Source of the DNA: Octopus sinensis | Taxonomy: Eukaryota | DNA length: 64,000 nucleotides | Reading direction: 5' to 3' | Assembly: GCF_006345805.1 (NCBI RefSeq) | Contig: NC_043003.1 | Span: 108,004,001 to 108,068,000 of the forward strand | In this document: piece after piece, positions 40,164 to 53,179 of the stretch | How the letters are laid out: every line of letters starts with the position of its first letter | How positions within the stretch are numbered: position 1 is the stretch's first letter | The notes under the pieces: generated by a model | Databases searched by the model: none | What the model was told of the DNA's origin: nothing | What the model saw: only the letters and a program-made list of their open reading frames with translations | Position numbers and translations under genes: made by a program

Positions 40164-42060
40164 GCTACTACTACTACTATTCTTAATTTGTCTGCACTGC
40201 ACTTCTTGCCTGTCTGTTGCACTATTAGATTTTGACTCTAGGTAGGTATAACTTACAATTTTCTTTCAACAATATAAGTTTAGCTAATTTTTTAATTGAA
40301 TGAATTCTGACCTGTTGTCTACAATTCCGGTCATTAAAATACCCAATACAGAAAAGAAAATGGAGAAAAGACGTTTCCTTATATTTCATAATAAAAAGAT
40401 TAAGTCCAAACAGTTCTTGCTTTAACTTTAATTAGCGCATTTCCATCATATGTAATCTTTTCTAAGGCTGAGATTTGGATAAAATATTTAACCAAGACGT
40501 ATTTACATCAGATTTTAGAACACTTTACAAAGTTTTGAGAAATTTATTCAATATCTTTACGTAAATTAATCCTTCACAAACCCTTACGTTTTCGTAAACC
40601 CTATGCGTTTTTCGTACCCATGCACACATCGTAATCTTCGGAAAGCACTTTTACGCGATAAGGTTCAGGAATAGAGAGCCTTAATTAATTTAAGATCTGA
40701 TTATTCTTTATAGTCATTCAGAAGAATGTCTGGCTATTGTCTTTCTAGAAGAGCAATCTTTCTGCAATGATAGGAAGATTTACATATATTTCAATGTCCT
40801 CTGAAGCTTTCAAATGTCTGAACATCAGCAAAAATTAATTCGTAATTACGTTAAACTGTAAAGCCTTGGTAAAGAGCAGAACATTGTGTCAAGCTGATTA
40901 GTATCGAACTTTATTCTGTTTAGAGCGCTAGCATAACTGACTGTTTTACCAGGTATGCCAATGATGTGGAAATAATAAAGAGATACCATGAGGAGGGCTG
41001 TCATCTGGAAATGTCAACTATAAAAAAAAACCCAAAAAGAAAAACAAATCCCCAAAGCAAATCCAAAGACAAGAAAACAAAAATTGGAATTGCAAGAACC
41101 GATAATCAGTTTCCAGTATGAAAGATCTCCCCAATAAAAATAACTTAATGTTTCGTCTGCCCATACTACCAGACAAACCTAGTTTAAATTATTGCTCCAG
41201 TTTCACCGCGAACTACCAAGAATGTTATTAAATTATGCCGTGGACTTTCCATTTCGAGACATTATTCCTGCTACAGCGAATCCAGAATCATTAACCGTGT
41301 GAGTTATTTCACATTTAGTAGACATTATTGCCAAAGCAGGACATTGAGTAAGTTCTTTTGTTTACTTGGCGCCATGTTGTTGGTGCATTCCTCGAGAAAA
41401 GGCATCTCTTTTTTATACAATAAAAAGCTCAACTATGTCTGCAAATTTTGGTATAAACTGGTGAAAATACTTTATCAACCTCAAATATTTATTAATTCTA
41501 TCTTTAGATTTAGAAGCAGTAATCCATTGTATTTTATCTATTAGTCTATATGATGCTTTAATCCTATCCTTTGTAACATTCCTTTTGAAGAAATCTATGC
41601 AAACTGAAGATTAATGCATTTGTTTACATACATTAATACATTAGTTACTTCCAGTCAAGTAATAACTACAATTATTATCGGCTCCGGCAAAGATGATTAT
41701 GTCGTCCTGATAGGTAATTATGCCATTAATTCCCTTCACTATAAACACCACACAATATTGGAAAATGGATCTGCTATTTTGGAGATTCATATGGACTCGA
41801 ACTAAAGACATTATTTATATTTGTCCCGCATAATCGCCTTGAGCCTTCATCTGAACCAGTATCAAATGAAAGGAAAATTATCTTTGCTTCAGGCATATCA
41901 ATATATATGGCTATAAGATAGGGAGTTGGACGAAAAAGAGTCTAAACGTTGTCATTTATAAGAACATTGTAATTAGATCACTTTGTTTATTTAGATGTCG
42001 ATGCTGCCTTCTTGAAACTTTCATAAATTATGGAGTTAGAATTTCCATAACTTCAAGAGT
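39500..42060 (-). mobile_element. Highly decayed Ty3/Gypsy LTR-retrotransposon pol (RT-RNase H-integrase)
   Basis: Minus-strand motifs in Gypsy order: VKGINGIITYQDDIIIF (YQDD 41701-41712), YFHQFIPKFADIV, LLGRSFILETDYRFL, FHIIGIPGKTVSYASALNRI, RLSIPEPYRVKVL, LRKDIE. Split by (CTA)n at 39962-40180; no LTRs recognised. Confidence 0.8.
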
Positions 42061-43562
42061 GCGAAATTCCTTTTCAAAGTCTGTTAACTCTTCTGAACTG
42101 GGATTCCTGAACAAATTTATTTTAACAGCCGAACAACAAAATGACCAACAGTCGCACACTCCTGTACTTGGTTCCGTTATCGATTTTTCTGGTGTTCAGA
42201 AGAGCAACACTGATTTGATTGATGAAGTGATTAACAATAAAACATTCTGACAAGTGGGGAAGATTTTACTGAACTCCTCCCGAAAACACCACCGGACAGA
42301 GTGTTAACTCAAACCGATATGAATACGTATCTGGATTCAAAACAGAAATTCCTCCAGGAAATTGGAGGGTATCGTATCTCCAAAAAACGCTTCCTAGAAA
42401 AACCCTTCTCCCTCAGTCAAAGGGCAAGCTGTTTCAAGAATCAGCCAAGAAGATGAAGGTAAATAATTTCCTTTTCTTTTCTTTAATCTAAATGGTTAGC
42501 ATCCATTTTCAAAGACTACGAGATATTCTCATCTTGCGGTCTATCGGGAGCGGGTGGCGATACAGCAGTGTTATTCCGAAAATTCTTGGGTTTCAAAGTA
42601 CGAACAATATTTTTGGAACCGGAACTGTAGGTTGATGGTTCTAGATGTGAATGGCAGAGGAGATGGCACCTTTAGAGTAATGGCCGTTTATGCCCCGTGT
42701 GGGGCTTGACAGTAAGATTTCTTCAGGCGTCTAGAAGCATTCCTGAAAATGTCACGCACTTTAGTACTAGTGGGGGACTGGGATAATATTTTTGACGCAG
42801 GAAAGGACTATGAGAGGGTAGTACATAGCAGAAGGGTGTGTGTACAAATAGCCTGGGAAATCTGCTCAAAGACTTCCAGTTATTTGACAGGTATCGATTG
42901 GGTTTCCTTGGTGTGACAATGTGGACATGGAGCAACCACAAGAGTGATCCAGATCGTATTTAGATAGAGTATTTGTTTGGTCACCGGATAAGGATAGCGT
43001 AGGTTTTTCATAATTCAAAATTGGTCGGTTACACAGATCACAAATTTGTGATCTGCACAGTATATTTAGATAGGACTTGTAGAAAGGGATCCGGTTACTG
43101 GAAGTTGAACGCGTACTTTCCGGAACACAAAGACTACGGGACCAGGTTAGTGAGCTAGTTAAGTGGCAGTTGATGGGGGCGATCGTCAACAACTGGCAGC
43201 GGATTGCCTTGAAGGGGGCGATTAAGTTAGAATCGATAGCGTTTAGCAAAGAGTTAGCGATAGAAATAGAATAGAGGAAGAACTAGTTAACAAACTAGAA
43301 GCAGCGATTAGTAATGGCATCACGACCGACGTGCTAGGGGCGAATATGGCCCTTGACCATTTCTTCGAAGCGAGCACGAAGACTACGTTGTCAGAGCTGA
43401 GACCCGTGCACTCGAGCACGAAGGAACTACAGCTGTCCGATGAGTCAGAACGGTGGAGATGCGACATGGCAACAAAACCTCTATCAGGTCTTTACTACAT
43501 CGGGACGGGCGCGTGACATTCGGTTCCTAGCAGATGTATATGGCTTTCCAGCAGCATTTCGC
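42060..43562 (+). mobile_element. Decayed L1/Tx1-clade LINE (probable ORF1 end + APE endonuclease)
   Basis: FRVMAVYAP, DFFRRLEAFLKMSRTLVLVGDWD, WTWSN, SYLDRVFV, TDHKFV, GSGYWKLN. Confidence 0.88.
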
Positions 43563-43625
43563 GCAATAACAACAATCACAACCCCCACCACTACGACAAC
43601 AACAACAACAACAGCAACAACAACA

Positions 43626-43993
43626 GTGGAGGCGCAATGGCCTAGTGGTTAGGGCAGCGGACTCACGGGCGGAGGATCGCGGTTTCGATGCCCACACCGG
43701 GCGTTGTGTGTGTTTATTGAGCGAAAACACCTAAAGCTCGACGACGCTCCGGCCGGGGGTGGTGTCGACCCCTGTTGTACTCTTTCGACCCAACTTTCTC
43801 TCACTCTTTCTTCCTGTTTCTTGTCCCCGACTTCCTACGCAACCGCTGAGCCTGGATGCGCGTTCATCCATCCGTCGATGCTCTCGGTGTCGGAGGTTGA
43901 CCTGCTTTCTCTTGTGCGGGTCTTACGAATAGCAAAGGACCACGTTTCGGACTTCTCCCATCTTGCGAGCTCTGGGACGAAGACCATTCGCTC
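43626..43993 (+). mobile_element. tRNA-derived SINE embedded in (AAC)n
   Basis: Same head as 5969 and 14720, distinct ~170-bp tail, (AAC/AGC)n on both sides. Confidence 0.88.
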
Positions 43994-44339
43994 AACAGCA
44001 ACAGCAACAGCAGCAACAACAACAAACACAAATTACAAACTTCCAAGCAATAGGCACAAAAAACAATGAATTAATGAAGTACATTATGACACAAACATTA
44101 CACCAAAAGACTTTCTCACAATCTCCCTAGCGGCACACATACAAATCATTCAAGCAACACGAAATACATACACAAACTTAAAAACCCAATTCCTACAGGA
44201 AATCGGAAAATTTCGCGGGAATATCACCAAGAGAATTCTTGGTGATTTACTGTTGGAAACACCCAAAGCCAATAGAAGGGACGGGCAATCTGCCCCTCCA
44301 CACAAAACCAAGTAAGTTTTCCTTTTCTTTATTATTCTT

Positions 44340-46140
44340 TTCTTTTTCCGACAACATGGTCGTGTACAGAATATGCAGCGTGAATGTACGTGGCCTTGAG
44401 TTCGCCTTGGGAGCGGGGGTCACCTGCTCAGCGACTTCAGAGAAATGAATGTCGACGTGGTGCCCATTAGTGAATCCAGAATTTTAGACTCACGGGATTT
44501 CCGACCTATTTTCGGTAACTATGGGGTGTACGCATCTCCTAATCGTCCAGGAGCGGGAGGTGGAGTCTCCATGATGGTTCGGAAAAATCTGGATCTTGCA
44601 ATACAGACGATCTTCATGGATCCGGAAGGTAAATCGGTGGTCCTAGACGTGACAAACAGTGAAGGATATACTTGCTGTCTATGCCCTGACAGGGGCAGGA
44701 CGACCAGATTTCCTCAGACGTCTGGAAACTTTCCTGTGAAGTCCCGCACCTTAGTGTTAGTGGGGGACCGGAATGGAGTTTTAGATGTAAGAACTGTGTA
44801 GGTTTAGCAAATAGAAGAGAAGGGTACAAAACTGTTGGTTATGGAGAGGGAGTGGTGCGAAAGGCCGATAACATCCTTTGAAATACAAGAAGCAGTGGCT
44901 AGCTGCACGAGAGGTAAATCGCTTGGTTTGGATGGGCTGCCCCACTTAACATGCCAGACTTACTTGGCGACAGCTTAGCAAACATTTTCTGCAATTGGCA
45001 ACAGAATGGGAGAATTCCTAGTTTTGTGAACCTAGGAGCGTTGACGTTACTGAGAAAAGACACGAACAAAGGGAATGCATTGACAACTTTATCCCATAAC
45101 TCTGTTGAATGCAGAGTTCAAAATTTTGGCCAAGATGTTATCTACGAGGTTGGCGCTTGTCGTCGGGGATCTGGAAGGGGAGGCACAAACATGGTGCCAT
45201 CCCGAAAATATCCATCGCTGACAACCTCCACCTCATACGATGTATAATTGAGAAAGTGGCTAAAGAACCTGGCATGGGTGTTACCCTGATCAATTTAGAT
45301 CAGTCTAAAGCTTTCGATAGTGTCGACCATCTATACCTACGTCTCAGAACCGTTCAACATCATGCACTCGGTCCGGTAAAGTCGCTCCTCTCCTCTCTCA
45401 TGTACGTACTGACTCTCTATCCACTACTACACAAACTGGAGGCGTTGAGAGGCATTCCGCGTGACCTGGGACGTGAGAGATGCGCGTCGGCATATGCCAG
45501 TGACGTCACCGTAGTGGTGTCGGATTATAAACACATAGAAATGATCGGCACCGCTCTCAGGGGCTACGAAGTGGTTTCAGGAAAGACGATTAACCAGGAA
45601 AAATCAGTGGGATCGCGGCTCGGCACCTGCAGAAGCAAGCCCATGCCATCTAATTGAATCGTTGGGCACTGGACGGACGGACTGGTGAAATTGGTGGGGT
45701 CTGGTTTGGTCCGGACCTACAGATGGACAAAAATTGGGATGAGGTAACGAGCAGGTGACCACTCTCATGCAGAAAAAGCTATCCCTGAAAGGTCGGGCAG
45801 GAGTGGCTAACGGGTATATCGCGTCCGTCATTTACTGTCGCTTGACTGCCGTGCCTTGTCCTGGCTACCGTTAAATTCCGCTGGAGCGTATACTCTTCCG
45901 CTTCTTGTGGAAGGGTCGCGTACCGATGGTCAGGCGGTCTATTTGCTGTCAGCAGCCGTCTGGGCATGCCTTGGTTGATGATGCGCAGACATGAGCTGAG
46001 GCTACGACATCTCCAGTGCTTCTTTGGCGGTGAACAGACGTCGTCACCGTTTTCCCCACATGTATTTCTGCAGCTAGTTTCTTTAACGGAGCTGCAGTCC
46101 TGGGTAAAACAGAGGCCGAGTGGGAGCAGGTGTGAACTGA
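44340..46140 (+). mobile_element. Internally deleted L1/Tx1-clade LINE ORF2 (APE + RT)
   Basis: ATG at 44356 gives MVVYRICSVNVRGL; then LVLVGD, NWQQNGRIP, LINLDQSKAFDSVDHLYL and SAYASDVTV. Confidence 0.9.
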
Positions 46141-46234
46141 ACCACTGTGTTCTAGTGATAGATACAACATAAAAAAAGGATGTGCTGTATTGACCTCAAT
46201 ATCTTCTGTTACGTCTGTGGAAACTTCATTCCAC

Positions 46235-46630
46235 ATGTTCAAAGGCACAACTTTGTATAACTCGTGAATACAACACTTCGCAAATATCTCCTTCGAGTAA
46301 AACCACCAACAGAAGAGGATATGACCAAAGACTGTGTGTACTCCATCCCATGCAATTGTGGTAGGTTATACAAAGGCGAAACATACTGCCCCCTCAAAAT
46401 AAGGGTAGAGGAACATCGTAAAGTTGTGACACGAGGAGATATTGATAAATCGGGTATAGCTGATCATGTATGGAAAAATGGAGACCACCTCCCCCTGTGG
46501 GATGAAGTTAAAATAATAGACAGAGAACACCACTGGAAAACACGAAAACTAAAAGAAGCAGCACGCAACAACCTCCTAAGCAGACCGAGTGCAGATATGA
46601 ATAGCGTATGGGAACAGGTTTTAAGGAAGG
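46235..46630 (+). mobile_element. Penelope-like element fragment, GIY-YIG endonuclease
   Basis: CVYSIPCNCGRLYKGET..LKIRVEEH..SGIADHVW..H...WDEVKII..RKLKEA. Confidence 0.88.
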
Positions 46631-48340
46631 ACTAGTAGCATAGCCCGGCGTTGCCTGGGTATGTAAGAAACTTTGTCGATAAGCAATGCCCTTTACCTTT
46701 TTACCCTTTTTTGTACTCATTGAACCGTTATTTTGTAAAATGAAGCCTAAAAGGCATTAAAGCATTCAAAGCACCGTTCCCTTGCATGCATGAAGAAAAT
46801 CTATGACAGTCAAAGTGCATTTTCTGGTTTTGTTTAGCACACTCAACCCAGTTCTGCGGGTTCAGTGTCGCGACGGGAACGCATGGGTTGAGAGTTTGAC
46901 AGGCAGAGGTGATAAGGTTGCACATGCCAGCCCTTTTGACACCGCCCCCCGAACCCAAGTTGGGTTCGGACCACAGCTAAGCCCTACCTAATCCTAACTT
47001 AAGTCTAGCGAAAGGGGGCTGGGGAGCCTCTAGTAGGCAACGACTAATCCCGATCTAGTCCTTTCCCTCTAGGGAGCGAATGCGCATGTGTAGGTTGCAA
47101 CGTCTTCTCTTCACTCCAATACTGTGTATACGACGTTCCTAGCTGCCCCTTTGGGCGAAAACATGAAAACATCATTGTGCCTCCCAACGCGTAAACAGCT
47201 CACGTAGAGTTGACCGTGGGCGAAGCTCTGTTCGCCCAAATGTAACTCAGCGACTTGTAGCGTTTGGCCTTGGGATTTATTGATGGACATTGCGAAGCAG
47301 AGTTTAACAGGAAACTGAGAACGCCTGAAGTAGATAAAAGCGGCTTATGATAAACCAAGAGTTTGCAAGTAGCGTCCGAGGACCCTTAGGGTTCGTCAAA
47401 AATTTAAGGTAAAACGTTTGGGGTGGTAGTTATAAAGAAAGTTTAAACAAAAAAAGTATTCGAATAACTTGCGGCTGCAGCAGCGATTAGCAGAAGTATC
47501 TCGTTGACTGCTTAAAGTGGCTGTGTTGGGGGTAAAGTCTCGGAAGTAAGTTCTTCATGGTAGGAATTGGTTCACCAAAACTTAGGTTAGTCTGGAGGTT
47601 TCGATGTAATATTTGGTTTGTATGTGGGATACTTTGAAGATTAAGTCTAGATTTCCTCCTGGGGGTTGAATTATCGATAGCTGTTTGATAGTTATTTGGG
47701 GGAGTAAGAGAGGTAAAGAAGGTCGAGTTGCGTCCCCTAGACAGTCTGTGGTTGTGTTTAATACACAAATCGGTTTGCTATGTGTGCCGCATATAATTTA
47801 ATTTACCGATTTTTTCCAGTAATAAGGTATCCTATTGGAATAAAAAGGGCCATATAGCTCCTAGGAGCAGACATGATTCTCGCTGTGAATTTTAAAAAAA
47901 ATTCCTGCCAATTTGTTAAAGATATTGTCGAAAATATGTCTTCTTGAATTTGAACGCGATTTCCCAAAATGGCAGGTTTTTATCGATTTTTTCTGGTGGT
48001 AAGATATTGCATGAAAAACTAACGTCAGAATTAAGTTTCTTAGGGTAACATTAAGCTTCACCATGAGTTCGGTGAAAATCGATTGCAAGTTGCGAAAACT
48101 ACAACAGAAAATGCGTTGCATATGAAAAGCTTAGATTCTCGACCCCATGTCGAATTTATCGGTTTTTTTCAGAACTGGGGAACTTTTTAAAATTTTCGCT
48201 GCGTTAGTTTTGGAGTATGACATTGGGCTATGTGTGAATCAGGTTTCATCAGAATCGGTTGAAAGCCGTGGTCAGGATGAGGGTACAACCTGACAGACAC
48301 ACAGACAGACAAACTGCCTTTTATATATATAGAGAGAGAT
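46631..48340. mobile_element. Non-autonomous Helitron/Helentron-like element
   Basis: One end actagtagcatag-cccggcgttgcctggg (CTAG plus hairpin); other end cagacagacaaactgccttttatatatatagagagagat. No TSD. A similar end begins at ~63444 (actagcactatgacccggcaacg). Confidence 0.6.
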
Positions 48341-48359
48341 TTATAAGCCCTAAAATTCA

Positions 48360-48480
48360 CTCCATATGGCGTAGTGGTTAAGAGCACGGGCTACTAACCC
48401 CAAGATTCCGAGTTCGATTCCAGGCAGTGACCTGAATAATAATAATAATAATAATAATAGCAATAATAATAATAATAATA

Positions 48481-48512
<32 letters not shown>
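48360..48512 (+). mobile_element. Short tRNA-like SINE head with (AAT)n tail followed by (ATT)n
   Basis: tggcgtagtggttaagagc and gagttcgattcc boxes; runs directly into a simple-repeat tail. Confidence 0.8.
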
Positions 48513-48513
<1 letters not shown>

Positions 48514-49272
48514 ACGTTCTGTTAACATCAAAGAAGATGAGGACAAATATCCGTCAAATGTAAACACTTGGAAACCTGGACATGTAAAATTATGTTGAAG
48601 CTTGAAGCAATTCATCAAAGCTCTTGTACAATATTTCCAAGTCTTAAGAAAGCTGACAACTATGAAGCGATTGTGAAGGAGCTGCTCTTGAGTTGGCGAG
48701 CACTTGGAGGTAGAATGAGCATTAGATTGCTCAACTCACACAGTCACTTGGTGATGTTAGCGAAGAAGAAAGTGGACACTTTCATTAAGATATAAAAGAA
48801 ATCGAAGAATCCTACCAAGACTGATGGGACTTAAACATGATGGCAGATTACTGCTGGAGCTAGATGAGAAATATTCCAGAAGCTGTGCACAAGAGATCGT
48901 TAAAAATGTGCAAGTTCTTGCAGTAATAAGACGATCGGAATGAATGATCACACTGAATAGAGATTTTACATTCCTATTTTGTTACCACCAAGCTTAAGTC
49001 TTACATGCTAAATGTGCATTTACTCACACAATTTTGTATCAGATAAAAAAAAAGACATATTGTCTTTGAAAAATTGCATCTGCGTATGTTTAATTCTTCC
49101 TCTATGAGCATTAAATAGCTGTTTCTAGCAAAACTAAAATACTTCATTTCTCAAAAATCTGATGTGATAGACAAAATCTGATACCAGATTTGGATTCATC
49201 ACCGCAAAATTAGCTAAAAAAAAAACAAAAACACTGATAAACCTTGTACCAGAAAATATGTGTTGACCAGTG

Positions 49273-50390
49273 TTATTTTTATTGTTCATTAGTCTTATTT
49301 TTATCACATGCATTCACTGCACTACCGAGCGCAGCTCTGTGTACCTTGGGTATGTGCTGTGGTTTGTTGTTATACTCTTATCTTTATTGTATTGAAGGTC
49401 CTTAACGTAGGACGTGTGCGGTGCCTTGTAGTGCTATTTTATTTATGTTATATATACTTGTTAGCCCTGGTGTTTTTGTTATGTATTTGTCTGAATATTA
49501 GTTTTATCATAACTAATGTGCCTACTACGATAGGAATTGTTTTTGTTTTTAGACTCCAAATTCGGGTTACCTCTATTTCCAGATCTTTGTATTTTGAAAG
49601 TTACTCCGTTTCTTTTAGAGAAACATTGTTTTCTGTTGGTAATATCCCTGGAGTTTTCCTGTTGCTGGTACTCCTCAGTGTGTCCATGATCTCTTGGCAT
49701 GTGATGGTGAGCCATATCTGTGGTGCTGTTGTGCTCTTCCTTTCCTTTTCCCTACTATTCCGCTGAGCATTTTTGTTGTGTTTTCTTTGGTTTGCTCCAT
49801 ATGCCTTCCCAATATGACTGAATCGCAGATGTTGGCATGGCATCTATTGATATAGCTTTTTTCTTTAACGTTCTATAAAAACTTTTTGTGTTTCTTTCGA
49901 ATTCTCTATTTTCTTGGAAGAAGCCTTCCCTTTTTTCATATCGTTTTATGCGGCAAGCTTTTGCTGCTATGCCCTGTTTAATTTTTTATCTTACCTCCCA
50001 GGTATCTTCTTTTTCATGTTGTATTCTCTTATTATATGTGCCGTTTTTATTTTTCTTATTTATTCTATGTTTCTCTAATTCGCAAGAAAGTGATAAGTCT
50101 TTTGTTTTTTAATCTTATTCGTTATAATCTGTTTCCATTTTGGACTTTGAGATTTGGCTGGGATTTTTTTCTTTGGAAGGGTCAAGTCCACTTTCCTTGG
50201 ATATCACAACAGCTGTTGAATAGATCAAGTCATTTAGTTTGTTGATATCTAGTGTATCGTTTGACATGGTCATTATTACTTGTAAGGTTCTGTTGTATCT
50301 ATTTAACCTTTCATAGAGCTTTTATTTTTCTGTCGCCTGGGGTGACGTTTACGCTGGTCCATATTTATTGATTGTGTGATGTTTAGATGT
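49273..50390 (-). mobile_element. Internally deleted R4/Dong-type LINE
   Basis: Minus strand NVSLKETE*LSKYKDLEIEVTRIWSLKTKTIPIVVGTL (REL C-terminus), homologous to the end of the 50.6-53.1 kb element. Confidence 0.8.
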
Positions 50391-50393
50391 TGC

Positions 50394-50424
<31 letters not shown>

Positions 50425-50490
50425 CTTCTTCTTCTTCTTCTCTTCTTCTTCTTCTTCTTCTTCTTCTTCGTCTTGTTATAGTTGTTGTTA

Positions 50491-50560
<70 letters not shown>

Positions 50561-50615
50561 TAATAATAACAACAGCAGCAACAACAACAACAACAATAAT
50601 AATAATAATGATAAT
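50391..50615. repeat. (GTT)n-(CTT)n-(ATT)n then (AAT)/(AAC)n microsatellite
   Basis: Directly visible. Confidence 0.95.
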
Positions 50616-53117
50616 AGAAGAGCAAATGTGGGAGGGTGTCAAGGTAGAAGATATAAGATCGGCTCTCAGGCGGTCAAGCAAATGGGAGTCTCCAGGAAAG
50701 GATAAAATTCCTAACTTCTGGTTGAATGCTTTCCCAGAGAGTCATGAACTGCTAACAAAACTTTACAACGATGTCTTTTCAATACCCTAGTATGATGCCC
50801 TCTTGGCTAGTTAATGGTTTAATACTCCTGCTTCCAAAAAGTGAAGAAACAAATGAACCAAAAAATTATAGACCCATAACCTGCTTAACAATAATGTATA
50901 AAATGCTAAAATCTGTCTTGAATGAGCGTACCTATAGTTTTTTAATAGAAAGTGGCATATTCCCTAATGAGCAAAAAGGATGTAAACGTGGATCTTATGG
51001 TTGTAAAGGTCAACTATTCATCAATAAGATGATCTTAGAAGATTGTCACAAACGACACAAAATATTGTCAATAGCCTGGATAGACTATAAAAAAGCTTTT
51101 GATAGCCTACCACATAGCTGGATTAAGAAATGTCTGGAAATGTATGAAATAGCGTCCACTCTGCGAGATATTTTGTCGGTAAGTATGAGATCATGGAGAA
51201 CCACACTAACTTTGAAGTGACAATACTGGAGATGTAAAAATTTCATGTGGCATTTTCCAGTGTGACTCACTATCACCATTCCTCTTTTGTTTAGCCTTAA
51301 TACCTCTCTCAAAATTTCTCAATGATGCACAGTACGGTTATAAAATGTTTGATAAAAATATAAATCATCTCATTTACATGGATGATTTAAAGCTCTTTGC
51401 AAAAAATGACCAACAACTCAAGGGTTTACTAGCGATTGTTAAACAATTCAGTGATGACATCAGAATATAGTTTGGCCTCGATAAATGTGCAAAAGCTACC
51501 TTTATCAAAATAAAAAAATGACAGAAACATATAACGTTAACCTTGGCCAGCAGAATGTCATAAATGAGTTAGACCCAGCAGAGAGCTACAAATACCTAGG
51601 GGTAATTGAAGGGGATGGAAACAGGCATTCAGTGGTGAAGGAAAGGATCAGGAGAGAATGTTATCGCAGAGTAAGAGCAATACTCAAGACAGAGCTGAAT
51701 GCGAGAAACAGGATCGAAGCGATCAATGCTTTAGCCATACCAGTCGTGACTTACAGTTTCAATATCATTAACTGGTCAATTACTTCAATATGTAATCTTG
51801 ACAGAAAAATACGAAAACTGTTGACAATACGAACAATGCACCACCCTAAGGCAGATATAGAACGACTTTATCTGCCAAGAAAAGAGGAAGGCCGTGGACT
51901 TTTACAACTGGCATTAACAATGAAGATTGTCACAATTGGCTTAGACACCTACCTGAAAAACTCTGAGGACTGGATGTTAAAACTTGTCTCAAACCATGAA
52001 AATAAGAAAGTATCATACTCAGTAACAAAACAGGCAAAGGAATATCTAAGTGAATTCCAAATATAAAAAATTCTGGAATTAGACATACGAGAAACAAGCG
52101 CAGAAAAAGCTATGCATATGAAAACCCGTGCTAAAACTGCTGCCTTAGATATTCTGACTGATAAATGGCAAGAAAAACCTCTCAATGGGAAATCCCCAAA
52201 GAGAGCGAATAATGCCGATGTTGACAAAGCCTTACCCATCAATGGCTAATGGCTTCTGGATTAAAATATGAAACTGAAGGTTTTGTCATAGCAGCCCAAG
52301 ATCAATGCCTACCTACAAGGAACTACCAGGCCAACATATTAAAGAACGGCAGTAGCCCAACATGTCGTATATGTCAACAACAAAATGAAGCCATTGATCA
52401 TGTTGTCTCCAAGAGCAGTCTTCTTGCGACTACAGAGTATCTCAACAGGCATGATAGAGCTGCACAATATATTCACTGGGTAATTTGCAAAAGCCTGGAC
52501 TTGCCCCATGATAAAAACTGGTGGGAACACAAGCCACCTCCAGGGCTTGAAAGTGATCACAACTCACTCCTCTGAGACTCCACCATTGAAACTGATAGAA
52601 AGATAGATACGAATAGGCCAGACATCACATTGAAATACTTCAAACAAAGAACATGCCTCCTCATTGATATAACTGTCCCAATCGATATAAACGTATCTGT
52701 CAAGACCTACCAAAAACTGAGCAAATATAAAGATCTTGAAATAGAAATTAGCAAAATGTGGAACATGAAGACTAAAACAATACCTGTTGTCATAGGTGCC
52801 CTGGGAATAATAGCAAAAGGGGCTGATAGCTACCTTGCTCAGATATCAGGAAACCCCAAAATGGCAGAAATTCAAAAGATAGTGCCCTTGGGAACAGCCC
52901 ATATCCTACGCAAAGTACATTCTATGTAATCTCAAGTTTTAAAACAAACAAAATATTCTTATGGTTTCTTAAACATTCTCTAGAACAACACTATGTACAA
53001 AACCAAATATATGACACCCTAGGCATAACATCAACATGAACTTCCAACTTGTCTCTTGAGGTCTCTGGGTGATACTTGGAGCCAACTTGGACAAATGTAA
53101 AGCAAAAGTCAAACATG
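50616..53117 (+). mobile_element. R4/Dong-type non-LTR element (RT + CCHC knuckle + REL endonuclease), 5'-truncated, few disablements
   Basis: WESPGKDKIPNFWL, NYRPITCL, EQKGC, AWIDYKKAFDSLPH, HLIYMDDLKLFAK (~51375), YKYLG, CRICQQQNEAIDHVVS, RHD, RPDI..LIDITVP..KYKDL. (TAA)n on both flanks. Confidence 0.95.

Positions 53118-53179
<62 letters not shown>

Larger units (their letters stand above)
46143..49272 (+). mobile_element. Deleted Chapaev3-like DNA transposon, split by nested insertions
   Basis: N-terminal CCIDLNIFCYVCGNF (~46180-46230). C-terminal KQFIKAL..ADNYEAIVKELL..RMSIRL..LGDVSEE..FH*DIKEIE..WDLNMMADYCW (48590-48860). Right end reads tgttgaccagtg (CACTG terminus). Family assignment is from motif memory. 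Confidence 0.6.
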
